A stretch of DNA of 64,000 nucleotides, from the NCBI GenBank assembly GCA_964236955.1, contig CAXSGP010000005.1, positions 32,044-96,043 on the forward strand, written 5' to 3'. Under the pieces are notes generated by a model. The model was not told the DNA's origin. It saw only the letters and a program-made list of their open reading frames with translations, and did no database searches. Source of the DNA: an uncultured Oligoflexus sp. GTDB taxonomy: Bacteria; Bdellovibrionota_B; Oligoflexia; Oligoflexales; Oligoflexaceae. How positions within the stretch are numbered: position 1 is the stretch's first letter; every line of letters begins with the position of its first letter. Below, one piece after another: positions 31,225 through 41,237 of the stretch. The position numbers and the translations under genes were made by a program.

Positions 31225-31385
31225 CAGGCAGACTCCTAGGAGCTGCCTGGACTATGCAAGTCTGCTGTGCCCTCATAAGTCTTCCTTGTTGCCTTTCCCC
31301 CAGCTTCCTTTTTTCCCAACCAAATGCATACAGAAAAAAATCTGATGCTTCCCAAAAACACAGCAGACAAGCCCAAGTCCAGGGC
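31225..31385 (-). ncRNA. Candidate structured ncRNA A
   Basis: Perfect 8-bp (31246-53/31376-83) and 10-bp (31260-69/31359-68) long-range stems; G-U extensions favour the minus strand; GGA-rich interior. Confidence 0.45.
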
Positions 31386-31584
31386 TTACATGGGCCCGAT
31401 ATATTTTTTTTGTGTCTTTTTTTCCAGAACCTGAAACGCCTATTTGCATTCATTTTGACTGACTAACCCAGAGTCCATTGACCTGCAAGACCTACATAGG
31501 TCATATATACATATACAATCTTTATTAGGAAAATCATCCGATTGCCTCTTAAATTTTCTTCTCTTTGGCCTTTATTCGTATAGC

Positions 31585-31714
31585 CAGCTTGCCGATTTTA
31601 TGGGTGCTGACCTGGGAAGATTTAGGAAATCCCAAAAGGCAACAGTGAGGACTTGAGAGCAGGCAACGTAGGAAATCACCAACAGGCGCAGGTGGCCATA
31701 AATCCAAACAGCTG
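31585..31714 (+). ncRNA. Candidate structured ncRNA B
   Basis: Closing stems CAGCT/AGCTG, TTTATGG/CCATAAA, CCTG/CAGG; shares the AAAGGCAACA motif with candidate A. Confidence 0.4.
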
Positions 31715-31893
31715 AAAACTTTTCTTGCTTACAAAGTGGCAGCTATGCCAGTCTTCTCGAGAATTTTTCCATTCCTCGCATGGCTGTAAACAGCTATTGT
31801 CATCTCAATCTTAAAGAAAAAGCATAATTATGCGCCTGAAACGCGGCCGTTTATGCTTTCTTCAAAATCTCTGACCAGCGGCGCATAGCCCTC

Positions 31894-32739
31894 ATGCAGG
31901 AGAAAATCTTGGATACCAAAGACCTCAGAGCGTCCATCGAGCATATTGAAGCGGCCTTGACCCAAGGCAAGAGCGAGATTTTAAAAGAACAAAGCCTGGC
32001 CATCCACGCCTTGCTTAAGCATTTGGATGAAGGCACGCTGCGCGTCTGCACTCGCGAGGGTGACACTTGGGTGACACAGGCCTGGATAAAACACGGCATT
32101 CTGCAGTATTTCCGCCTCATGGAGATGAAGGCCTTCGAAGTTGGGCCCTTTCATTACTACGATAAAATCCCCTTAAAAACGAACTATGAACGTCTCAAGG
32201 TTCGGGTGGTGCCTCCCGCTACGGCACGCTACGGCAGCTTCATGGAAAGTGGAGTCGTACTCATGCCCTCCTATGTGAATATAGGAGCCTACGTCGGCAA
32301 GAATACGATGGTCGACACCTGGGCAACCGTGGGCAGCTGTGCTCAAATAGGAGCCGACGTGCATCTCTCCGGTGGTGTCGGCATCGGCGGCGTGTTGGAG
32401 CCCGCCCATGCTACGCCAGTGATTATCGGCGACGGCGCCTTTATCGGTTCCCGTGCTATTGTAGTGGAAGGGGTTCAAATCGGAGCTGAAGCGGTTTTAG
32501 CGGCAAACGTCACGCTTACCGCATCGACTCCTATCATTGATATTCGAGATGGCAGGTTTATTGAAACCAAGGGCTTTATTCCCGATCGTGCTGTGGTCCT
32601 GCCCGGTACCAAAGAAAAACAGGTGCCAGGCGGCGTGATCCATACAGCCTGCGCTTACATCATCGGCAATCGCAAGGCTTCGACCAATCTCAAAACCTCT
32701 TTAAATGATACCTTGAGAGAATTTGCCATCTCCGTGTAA
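31894..32739 (+). CDS. dapD: Tetrahydrodipicolinate N-succinyltransferase
   Basis: DKIPLK, RVVPPA, MPSYVNIGAYV, TVGSCAQIG..VHLSGGVGIGGVLEP. Confidence 0.97.
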   Translation: MQEKILDTKDLRASIEHIEAALTQGKSEILKEQSLAIHALLKHLDEGTLRVCTREGDTWVTQAWIKHGILQYFRLMEMKAFEVGPFHYYDKIPLKTNYERLKVRVVPPATARYGSFMESGVVLMPSYVNIGAYVGKNTMVDTWATVGSCAQIGADVHLSGGVGIGGVLEPAHATPVIIGDGAFIGSRAIVVEGVQIGAEAVLAANVTLTASTPIIDIRDGRFIETKGFIPDRAVVLPGTKEKQVPGGVIHTACAYIIGNRKASTNLKTSLNDTLREFAISV

Positions 32740-32753
32740 GCAAAGAAGAATGT

Positions 32754-33080
32754 ATGCCACGTGTTGAGTTTCGTCCGGACAATCTCGCTGTTGTAGTCGA
32801 TGAAAAATCCAAATTGCTCTTAAGTGCGAGGAAGGCCGGGGTCGCGCTTCGTTTTGCCTGCGCCTCCTGTCGCTGCGGAACCTGCGCGGTACGGATCCTT
32901 GCCGGCAAGGAGCTGTTAAGTCCAATGAAGGCCGACGAGCTAAAACTTCTCGGTCGCCTTTCCCAACCTGCGGATGGAACGATTCGCCTGTCCTGTCAGA
33001 CTCGTGTATTAGGCGACTGCACGATCGATCTTAGCTTTCAAAATGAATATGACTCTGACATCGGTATGGACGAATATTGA
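32754..33080 (+). CDS. 2Fe-2S ferredoxin
   Basis: CASCRCGTC and RLSCQ. Confidence 0.88.
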   Translation: MPRVEFRPDNLAVVVDEKSKLLLSARKAGVALRFACASCRCGTCAVRILAGKELLSPMKADELKLLGRLSQPADGTIRLSCQTRVLGDCTIDLSFQNEYDSDIGMDEY

Positions 33081-33140
33081 GCGGGAGCCACAACCGAATC
33101 GCGGATAGCTCGGGGCTAAGGCTTTATCCCCAGGCCTGGC

Positions 33141-33524
33141 TTATAGGGTCCGCTCAGGCCGCATACCAAACACCTTTTTTGGTGAGTAATGGGTCAGTTT
33201 CACTTTGATTTCGCCTTTAAGTTCACGCACCATCGTCGCAATTTCGGCCGGTAGATCCTTAAAACTTGAGGCTCCATCCCCGCGAACCTCCTCTTCAATC
33301 GCTTTTAAAATAGCAAGCAGACTTTTGCCGCCATAGGGTGCTATCAAGCCGCGCAGGGCATGCGCAGACAGTTCAATCTGCTTACCCGAAGCTTGCGCCA
33401 GGGCCACCTTCAAGTTGTCCACATACTCATCCACACAGATTAGCAGATCATAAGCGAGTTCCAGTGCCAATGACTCATTGCCCTCGACCCGGCCCAGAAA
33501 GATATCCCAGTTGAGTTGAGCCAT
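33141..33524 (-). CDS. Stand-alone Hpt domain protein
   Basis: SAHALRG; ATG 33524 with GAGGA RBS. Confidence 0.75.
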   Translation of the reverse strand: MAQLNWDIFLGRVEGNESLALELAYDLLICVDEYVDNLKVALAQASGKQIELSAHALRGLIAPYGGKSLLAILKAIEEEVRGDGASSFKDLPAEIATMVRELKGEIKVKLTHYSPKKVFGMRPERTL

Positions 33525-33737
33525 ATCCTCGTTCCTTATCGCAAATACCAAAGTCGAGCCCATGATGAATCGACTTTGCCTCTGGCTTTGGCTTACCAGA
33601 GCTGGTCCCGACATAAAAGATTTTTACTTCCGAAGCCTTTAGTGGTCCTGGAAATGATAACGGATCTGAGTCGCCTGGCTATCGGAAATAGGGAGGCCAG
33701 GATACAATTTTCATTAATGCTCAATAAGGATCAAGCC

Positions 33738-34118
33738 ATGACGACACATAAACCTTTGGTCTTGGTCGTTGATGACGAAGCAATGGCTCGCACGATGACG
33801 AGTAAACTGTTGGAAAAAGCCGGTTTTTTGACTCATACGGTCGAAAGCGGGGAAGAATGCCTGAAATTCGTGGCGATGCAAAGACCCGATGCCATACTAC
33901 TCGATATGCTGATGCCAAAAATGAATGGCCTCGAGGTTTTGGAAAAACTGCGTGCCAACGCCGCAACTCGTAGCATTCCCGTGCTTCTCGTCACCGCCAA
34001 AGGTCAGGCTGAATCGGTCAAGCAGGCTGTCGCTCTCGGTGCTGATGACTTTATCGTCAAGCCTTTTCACTCATTGGATCTGATTGCCAGAGTGAAAAAA
34101 AAGGTCGCGCTCCCCTAG
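33738..34118 (+). CDS. Single-domain response regulator
   Basis: VLVVDD, LLDMLMP, VTAK, ADDFIVKPF; ATG 33738 after AAGGA. Confidence 0.92.
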   Translation: MTTHKPLVLVVDDEAMARTMTSKLLEKAGFLTHTVESGEECLKFVAMQRPDAILLDMLMPKMNGLEVLEKLRANAATRSIPVLLVTAKGQAESVKQAVALGADDFIVKPFHSLDLIARVKKKVALP

Positions 34119-34951
34119 GGCTGATCAAACAAGATCTTGCTGCCTCTCGCGATTTTGGAACGGGAAGTTTTGGCGAGGGAAACCTTTGCCAAAGCATATT
34201 TGTCGTTTTCAAAAACCACGCGCAAAAGGGCTCCGATCTCCCGTTCATTATCGGAGGCAAGACCTTCGGCAGACTTCTTAAGCACTAATCCCTGAGCGCC
34301 CCGTTTTAAAGGCTTGAGTTTGGCAAGCACCAAAAAGTCTTCGGTCTTACCGACCACAAAAGCATCATAGCCAAGCTGTTGAACAAGCCAGCGGGCGGGA
34401 AGATCCTGCCGCATGGATTCTGGCCCCTTTTCATAGGTTAGAACGGCTTGGGAAAAGCCGTTATTGCTTGAATAGATCGCCCAGGCGGAACTGGCCGAAG
34501 AGGTTTTGAGAATCACGCCCTCGGCATGGCTGAGTTCAGCATAGCGCTTTAATCGAAGCGGCAGCTCTTCCTCTTTGACTGAAGCCTTTTTTTGGGTGGG
34601 ATTGATCTGGATAAAGAGACGAATCGATTCCGGATCAGCAAGTTCAAACCATCCATAGCCCTCGAACGAAATGCGGTCGATGCTAAGGGGCGAAGGAGCG
34701 CCGTAGGCACCTCCCTGCTCCTGGAGAAAGAGCCACGTGCGCGGAATCATCGCTTCGACTTGTCCCGAGGATTTTTCCCAGCCGGCCAGAATCGATGCAT
34801 AGTCGACAGCTTTTTTTTCCTCACTCTCCCTGGCGCTGGCTTCAGCGGGGGCTGGTGCCGCATGGTCGGCGCTTTCAAGGTCCTGGGCGCCAGCATTCCA
34901 ACTCAAAAAAAGGTTGAAAAAAATACCTATAATCCCGGCATAGCTCTTCAT
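34115..34951 (-). CDS. Secreted hypothetical protein
   Basis: Signal peptide ending AGA; translationally coupled to the PP2C gene. Confidence 0.7.
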   Translation of the reverse strand: MKSYAGIIGIFFNLFLSWNAGAQDLESADHAAPAPAEASARESEEKKAVDYASILAGWEKSSGQVEAMIPRTWLFLQEQGGAYGAPSPLSIDRISFEGYGWFELADPESIRLFIQINPTQKKASVKEEELPLRLKRYAELSHAEGVILKTSSASSAWAIYSSNNGFSQAVLTYEKGPESMRQDLPARWLVQQLGYDAFVVGKTEDFLVLAKLKPLKRGAQGLVLKKSAEGLASDNEREIGALLRVVFENDKYALAKVSLAKTSRSKIARGSKILFDQP

Positions 34952-36849
34952 CAGGCTGCCCCTTCGAATTCTGATGAAATAACGACCAGAGTCGCATCAT
35001 CGGGAAGGGGTATGCTGGCACGATACTCTTCCATGTCGAGCATAATACGATCCCGAAAGAGCACCGGACTAAGATTCATATATTTATGGACGGCTTTCTC
35101 AAGGTTACGGACACCCCACTGCTTGTGTTCCGCGTTGGTGCATTCGACGATGCCGTCGGTATACAGAACCATACGGTCGCCTGGCAGAAACTGCTGCTCG
35201 ACATCGTGATAGACTGAGCCCGGATCAAAGCCCAGGGGTTGCCCCATTTTTTTGATATCGCTCAATACGATATAATGCTTGGCTTTTCGTTTTCCCGTCT
35301 TCAGCCGGATGTCCTCCGGGTCTTTGGGAATAACGAGGGGAAAAGGATGGCCACCATTACTATACTGCATGCGGCCCGTCTTGGTATTGACGATGCAGGC
35401 GAAAAAGGTCATACAGAGCTTTCCTTTCAAGCTGTCGTAAAGCGCTTGGTTGAGCATCGACAGCACCAGGGATGGTTTTATAAAATCAGCCGGCATGGTC
35501 TCCGGCAATTTGCTGCACAGATGCCCCGTTGCATAGGCGATAGCGGTGACTAAGGCAGCAGGAATTCCGTGACCAGTCGCGTCCCCTACGAGCAGCATGT
35601 GCGTGTGGGGAGCGATGATATAATGTCCCCAATAGTCTCCCCCACATTCAGACGCCGAGCGATAGCTTGAGGCCAGCACCAAAGCTCCTTCCTGCGCATA
35701 TTCATGGGGGATAAAGCTAACCTGAACCTCATTGGCAACATTGAGTTCAAGCTCGAGACGCACCAAATCCTTCTCTTGATTCACTAAGGTTGAAAGCCGT
35801 CCGGCCATGGTATTGACCGAATCGCCAAGCGTCTTGATTTCATCGTTGCCCTTGACCGTAATTCGGGTCGTGAACTCGCCTTTGGAGATGGATTCAGTGG
35901 CGTATGTAACCTTTTCCAGGCGATTGATCAGCGCCTCCGCCGTGAAAAAGCTGACGAGTGAAGCAAGGAGGAGGATAAGGGCAGCCCACTTCGCTGTCTG
36001 CATGATATGAAAGCGCAGAGGGGCAAAGAGAATGTCTTCACGCTGCTGGAGTATCAGTATCAGCCCTGACACGGGGAGGCGGTAGTAGGAACCTTGCCAT
36101 GACACCTTTTTATTGTCCGTGAAACTTCCGAAAAAACCTGAGCTAAGTTCCAGCTTTATCATTTGATCGATACGCCGCAACTTCAGGATCTTAAATAGAT
36201 CCGCAGGCAAAGCCTTGCCGGCAAGAAAGTCCTGGAGAGATTCGGTCATTATATAGGTCTTCATTCCATCTTGCAGGTTAAGCAGGGCAAGGACCGGGGC
36301 TTTAACAGCTTCGACAACGATCCAAAAAATCTTCCCCTCTTTGACATCGATTGGAATGCCACGAGCCATGCGCAGACTGCCCTTAGTCGCCGTAATATCC
36401 ACGAAAAATAGACGATTAGGATTGGCAACCCGGGATTTCTTTAGCCATTCTTGTGCCAATGCAGGCCGTTCGGCATCGGCATTCACGGCGTCTTTTGCAT
36501 AGCTGTTGACGAGCTTTATCGCTTGTTTTTCCTCAAGAAAGACATCACCCGCGGTAAAGTCCTTTTCCACATTGATCAGACGTTGCAGCTCTTCGTTGGC
36601 TTGGGACTCAGGCATAGGGTAAATTCCCTGTAGAAGATAGACCGTCGAAAGCGCCCAGCCCTTGATCAGAGCATCGACTTCGCTACCGATCTTCTCGCTC
36701 GTTTCTATCGATGAACTACGAAAGTTTGAGACTAAGAGCTCGGTGAGGACCCGCGACTGCAATACACCCATCGTCGTGATCGTGGCAAAGGCCAGAAAAA
36801 AGGTCATGAAGAAAAATTTAATTCTTAAAGAGCCGGTTATCCATTTCAT
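34951..36849 (-). CDS. Membrane sensor with HAMP and SpoIIE/PP2C phosphatase domains
   Basis: Two TM; GNDEI..L..SVNTM; CGGDY, GDATGHG.PAA, YTDGIVE, DDAT. Confidence 0.92.
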   Translation of the reverse strand: MKWITGSLRIKFFFMTFFLAFATITTMGVLQSRVLTELLVSNFRSSSIETSEKIGSEVDALIKGWALSTVYLLQGIYPMPESQANEELQRLINVEKDFTAGDVFLEEKQAIKLVNSYAKDAVNADAERPALAQEWLKKSRVANPNRLFFVDITATKGSLRMARGIPIDVKEGKIFWIVVEAVKAPVLALLNLQDGMKTYIMTESLQDFLAGKALPADLFKILKLRRIDQMIKLELSSGFFGSFTDNKKVSWQGSYYRLPVSGLILILQQREDILFAPLRFHIMQTAKWAALILLLASLVSFFTAEALINRLEKVTYATESISKGEFTTRITVKGNDEIKTLGDSVNTMAGRLSTLVNQEKDLVRLELELNVANEVQVSFIPHEYAQEGALVLASSYRSASECGGDYWGHYIIAPHTHMLLVGDATGHGIPAALVTAIAYATGHLCSKLPETMPADFIKPSLVLSMLNQALYDSLKGKLCMTFFACIVNTKTGRMQYSNGGHPFPLVIPKDPEDIRLKTGKRKAKHYIVLSDIKKMGQPLGFDPGSVYHDVEQQFLPGDRMVLYTDGIVECTNAEHKQWGVRNLEKAVHKYMNLSPVLFRDRIMLDMEEYRASIPLPDDATLVVISSEFEGAA

Positions 36850-36863
36850 TTCATCAACCCTTA

Positions 36864-38465
36864 TTACCAAGTCAAGGACAAACCCAGACCGAAATACGAT
36901 ACACTGTAGGAAGCACCGCTTGCTGTCTTGTCGGCCACCAGCGTGAAATTAATGTCAGAGGGAACTTCTGCCTGCAAGGTCACCCAGTCGATATAAGCAA
37001 AGGCTACGGCACCAACTCGGAGTCCACCTCGGGATTTGAAAACATCGTAGTTGAAATCAGCACCGGCCCTTTGATTGGAGATCTTTGTTGGATTCTTAGG
37101 CGCCAGCACATAGCCCGTCAGGTGATTCGATACCCAGATCTTCGTTCGATACGAGAGCGACTCAAGTTCCCAGGAGAACTCCCCGCCCAACTCCAACTGT
37201 CTCGATAACTTAAATTGGGCAGTCGTGGCAAATTCGGAATCCGCGCCTGCCAGCGGAAAATAGGCATCAAGGCTCAGCATTCCTATCTTTGGGGTCAGGC
37301 GGAAGCGAGTGGCAAATCGATCGATCGTCTGCGGTTCCCCAAGGCTAAACGACCAACCCGCTTCCATGCGCGTCCAGGTGTAGGAATAGGTTTCGTTGTC
37401 ACCCTTAGATTCGATGCGGGGAGAATGTTCAAAACCAAAATAAAATCCTTCGAAAAACCCTCTACCGACGCTGACGGTACCTTCGATTTTCGAAGCCTGA
37501 CTCACGACGGTTGCCCCTTTCGGAATGGGCACTCCATAGCGCACGGAGAACACAGCGGATTTCAGCGCTTCCAAAGCATAGCCTTCCAATATGCCCCGTT
37601 CCTGGCTGTCACGCTTGCCGAGGGCATAGGCATCCAGTTCTGGCTCGAGTGGATCAAAGATTTCCTGCGCCCATAGTCTGAGCTTCGCCACGTGAGGTAT
37701 TTTAACCCACCGAACCGCTAACGGCCCTTCCCCGGGCCGACCAAAGGCTTTGCTGCTATCGTCTGAAATTATAGTTTCGGCGATGGCATAGAGCGTCGGA
37801 ATCCAAAGTTTTTGCTCGACATGATAGGCCAGCGCGAACAAAGCTATTTTGCGGGGAGGATTCATGACTGCGTACATCGCAGGCCTAAGAGACGTTAACT
37901 GCCACTCTATGTCCGTTTTATTAAAGACCGCGGTCCAACCCACAGGCAATTGGCGATAGATTCGGGAGAGAAGGAAAAATTTAGGTTCCTGTGCACTAAA
38001 GAGGAGATCCGGCGTCAGCTTGTCAGGCATAACATACTTCATAATGAGATTGGGCTTACCCTTCACGCCCTTCGCCCCTTTCGCGCCAAAGTAAGTTGTT
38101 ACCGAAAATCCTTCAGCATCCCAATTAAAAATAACGTTCCATGGATTGTCTGTCGGTATTACTTCGTTGCCGGAAAAGTCGAGAGGCTGGCATTCGGTTT
38201 TACTGGCGATCCCTCGTCCCTGGGGCCCCTTGCCAACCACAAAATTGGAGGCAAAATCAGCGCAAAAATGCTTCCAGTCTTCGCTGAGCCGCACTCGAAA
38301 CGCTTCCGGGACAAAACTTTGATCGGCACGGAAAGAAAGGGTCAAACGGCCAATTTTTACAGGCAGTTCTTTTGCGGAAAGAGGCGCACTCAAGCAGCTA
38401 ATGATTACTATCATTAACATCCAGACGGCTATCGCCGGTTGCTGCTTCATGCTGCCTATCAGCAT
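36864..38465 (-). CDS. Secreted protein with probable C-terminal outer-membrane beta-barrel
   Basis: Signal peptide; alternating beta strands ending YFGLGLSLTW. Confidence 0.65.
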   Translation of the reverse strand: MLIGSMKQQPAIAVWMLMIVIISCLSAPLSAKELPVKIGRLTLSFRADQSFVPEAFRVRLSEDWKHFCADFASNFVVGKGPQGRGIASKTECQPLDFSGNEVIPTDNPWNVIFNWDAEGFSVTTYFGAKGAKGVKGKPNLIMKYVMPDKLTPDLLFSAQEPKFFLLSRIYRQLPVGWTAVFNKTDIEWQLTSLRPAMYAVMNPPRKIALFALAYHVEQKLWIPTLYAIAETIISDDSSKAFGRPGEGPLAVRWVKIPHVAKLRLWAQEIFDPLEPELDAYALGKRDSQERGILEGYALEALKSAVFSVRYGVPIPKGATVVSQASKIEGTVSVGRGFFEGFYFGFEHSPRIESKGDNETYSYTWTRMEAGWSFSLGEPQTIDRFATRFRLTPKIGMLSLDAYFPLAGADSEFATTAQFKLSRQLELGGEFSWELESLSYRTKIWVSNHLTGYVLAPKNPTKISNQRAGADFNYDVFKSRGGLRVGAVAFAYIDWVTLQAEVPSDINFTLVADKTASGASYSVSYFGLGLSLTW

Positions 38466-38658
38466 TTACACCCCAAAGGTCTCTCCTCAAAATAAAAAAC
38501 GGCTATTCCTACCTATCTGGAATGTATGGTTTTCTTCTTTTGTTTTTATTTTAGTCCAAGTCGCGCAATTTGCCCTATGCTCTTTCATGTTTACTTATCG
38601 GTGGCTTAGGATCCCAACTTAGAGACTTGTCTAAACTTTCTCCATAGCCTGCCGAGAC

Positions 38659-40326
38659 GTGACATCATGCTTTATGAATGAGACAAGGTGCAAACCGGTG
38701 TCACAGCGATGGAAAATATTTTGGATAATCTGGCTAGCCTGCCTTGCTCCCGTCCTATGGAGCTTGCTGGGCGATAGTGGAACCCACCTGGCAAGGGGGA
38801 AGGCTATCGCTCGCATAGAAAAAATAGAAGGGAACGTAACGGTTCGCTCCGAAAGTCTGATGATATGGCAAAAGGCGAAGCCCCAGCAGGAGCTCTATAG
38901 CAATGATCTCATTTCGACTGAAACCAAGAGCCGCGTGAATATAACCTTCGAGGGTGGCCGAAAGCTTCAGCTCAGCCCCAGCTCGGTAGTAAAGCTGGGC
39001 TTGCCCTCGCCGTTGTCTAATGATCATGAAGTGTCGGTCCTCAAAGGCCGTTTGGTGGTTAAGGCCGAAGAGCCAAAAGCCGCCCCTGATAAAGCCTTGC
39101 CAAGCTCTACAAAAGCTGAAAAAGAGGGTCGCGATGAACGCGGGGAACAGGAAGAGTCCCGCATTATTCTCAAAACGAACGAGGGGCGGATTGTTACCAA
39201 GGCGAGCGAGCCGCAAACTCTCGAGGCATCTCCGAAATCCGTTGAGTCTGGCTCCCGCGAGACAGAAGCATCGTTAAATGCCTTAAAAAATGTAGCGATA
39301 GGGGACAGCATGAAATTGTCGGCGTTTCCTGCGCCCCCGGAGATCTGCCCCACTCCTCCTGAACCCGAGCCTGGCCCAAGCCCTAACGCGTCCGCAGGAA
39401 TCGGCAAGACGGTAGTCCCCGCTTTTGATGCCGAGCTCCTACCCTTGATTTCCCCACTGAGCGGCGAATTCTGGACGTCGGAACCCATCGCCAAGGTAAC
39501 CGGAAAGCCTTTGCATATGGACGTGGATCTACCCTTGAGGATGCCCTCCGCCATCAGCTCAAAATGGAAGGGCATCATCAACGTCTCAGGACCCAAGGGT
39601 CATATCCGAGTCGATGGCAAGGTGGCAAGCGGACGCAAAAAGTTAAGCATAACGCCAAAGGAATTGATTGAAGCGGGTATCCTCGATAATTTGGAGCAGA
39701 GTTCGTTTGCCGTCAACGCCGGCTATTCTATCGAATCGGATGCACTCAGCGAGGTCATCGAACATATCTCTCCCAATACCGGAGTTTATAGCATTCGCAG
39801 TCTGGCTGAAGGTGAGGGTATCATGGTGGGATTCAATAGAATCAAGATGCAGTCTTCTAACGCGGCCTGGTATTACGTCACTCCAAAGACCAATGTGCGC
39901 ATTTGGATCGGGGTGACGGAACAAGAGGACAGGCGCAAACTCTTTAGTATCGTTCAAGGCAATAATGGTGAGGTTTCCCGAGCGGACTGGCCCGGTATTC
40001 CTGCCAAAGGCTCCTATATCGTTCGCCAGGACAAGATCGTCGGCATCGTCTCGGCGAGCGATCTCAACAACAAGGAATGGGATGATATCCGCAAACTCTT
40101 CAACGCTGACCTCATCTACCGGGGATCAGCCCAGGCCTATATCAGTCGCATTGGTTTTGATGCTGCCAAAACCAATGAAAGAACACTTTTTGTGCTGAAT
40201 AAGGGTGAATTTATTGAACTCGACGTTTCGCTTCTTCGCACACGACCCAACACGATGCGCTTCATTCGAGGGCTGTCTACCTATCTCTTCCGCGAGCAAC
40301 CTCAGGTTCTGAGCCTTGCTCGCTAA
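38659..40326 (+). CDS. FecR-domain-containing membrane-anchored protein
   Basis: TM, then GNVTVR..W...L...DLIST..SRVNITF.....L.PSS; Pro-rich linker. Confidence 0.75.
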   Translation: MTSCFMNETRCKPVSQRWKIFWIIWLACLAPVLWSLLGDSGTHLARGKAIARIEKIEGNVTVRSESLMIWQKAKPQQELYSNDLISTETKSRVNITFEGGRKLQLSPSSVVKLGLPSPLSNDHEVSVLKGRLVVKAEEPKAAPDKALPSSTKAEKEGRDERGEQEESRIILKTNEGRIVTKASEPQTLEASPKSVESGSRETEASLNALKNVAIGDSMKLSAFPAPPEICPTPPEPEPGPSPNASAGIGKTVVPAFDAELLPLISPLSGEFWTSEPIAKVTGKPLHMDVDLPLRMPSAISSKWKGIINVSGPKGHIRVDGKVASGRKKLSITPKELIEAGILDNLEQSSFAVNAGYSIESDALSEVIEHISPNTGVYSIRSLAEGEGIMVGFNRIKMQSSNAAWYYVTPKTNVRIWIGVTEQEDRRKLFSIVQGNNGEVSRADWPGIPAKGSYIVRQDKIVGIVSASDLNNKEWDDIRKLFNADLIYRGSAQAYISRIGFDAAKTNERTLFVLNKGEFIELDVSLLRTRPNTMRFIRGLSTYLFREQPQVLSLAR

Positions 40327-40362
40327 GAACTGGGCGGCTCTGCCCGGAGCCCATTCCTTCGG

Positions 40363-41181
40363 CTAATTCTCGCTATATATAAAGCGGGTCAATTGCAAAT
40401 ATTCTTCAGGCCTGATGGCGTCCGGCCGTCGATTGAGATCAATTGGACAATCCTCCAAGCGTTCTTCCCTAACGAATTGTTTGATCGCATTTCGCAATTT
40501 TTTGCGTCGTTGGGTAAAACAAGCCCGGCAGACCTTCTCAACTTTTCTTAGCATCTCCTCCGCTATGACATCGGCGCGAGGCTTTAAGGTGATGATAGCA
40601 CTGTCGACTTTGGGAACGGGCGTAAAACAGGTTCGTTCCACCTTACAGTCTATAGAAACTTGGGAGCGCAGCTGGGTATAGACCGAGAGGCTTCCGTAGT
40701 CCTTGGTCCCGGCAACCCCAGCCAGTCTTTGGGCAAATTCGAGTTGAACCAACAGCTTCACGCCCTTCACCTGCTGCAGAAAGGGCAAGAGCCAGAGAAC
40801 GATGGGAGAAGAGATGGAATAGGGTATATTGCCGACGATCGCTGTGGGCTCCTGGGATGCCTTTAGCCAGTTGCCTAGGTCAAAGCGCAGAACGTCTTCG
40901 TTGAATATTTCAAAGCTGCCCGGATAATCGCCTTTGCTCACTGTAAAATAATCGCTAAGTTTTTCAACAAACCTATCGTCTTTTTCCACTGCCGTGAGTT
41001 TCCAGGGCTTTGCCATGAGAGCCCGCGTGAGGATCCCGCCTCCTGGTCCGATTTCGAGGACCCGGGAGATATTCCACTCCTCGATCCCGTCGGCGACTTT
41101 GATCACGGGCCAGTCGGTCTTCAGAAAGACCTGACTCAGGGATTTTTTTTGGCGGGGATTGCTGTCCCGATCGTAGCTCAT
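40363..41181 (-). CDS. rsmA: 16S rRNA dimethyltransferase
   Basis: KKSLSQVFL, LEIGPG.G, GNIPYSIS, F.PVPKVDS, QRRK.LRN. Confidence 0.95.
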   Translation of the reverse strand: MSYDRDSNPRQKKSLSQVFLKTDWPVIKVADGIEEWNISRVLEIGPGGGILTRALMAKPWKLTAVEKDDRFVEKLSDYFTVSKGDYPGSFEIFNEDVLRFDLGNWLKASQEPTAIVGNIPYSISSPIVLWLLPFLQQVKGVKLLVQLEFAQRLAGVAGTKDYGSLSVYTQLRSQVSIDCKVERTCFTPVPKVDSAIITLKPRADVIAEEMLRKVEKVCRACFTQRRKKLRNAIKQFVREERLEDCPIDLNRRPDAIRPEEYLQLTRFIYSEN

Positions 41182-41237
41182 ATCGAAGGCTCCACGTTCA
41201 CTTGGAAGACATTAAGGTTAGATCTGACGCCTATCAA

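Noticed and set aside
31202..31466. Overlapping small ORFs 31202-31453 (-) and 31254-31466 (+)
   Set aside because: No clear RBS, atypical composition and homopolymer runs; better explained as structured noncoding DNA
31635..31644. c-di-GMP-I riboswitch (AAAGGCAAC resembles GGCAAAC)
   Set aside because: No GAAA-capped stem or GACGCAAA follows
31585..31893. Lysine riboswitch upstream of dapD
   Set aside because: Conserved AGAGG(T/C)GC...GAAAGG...GCCGAA elements not found
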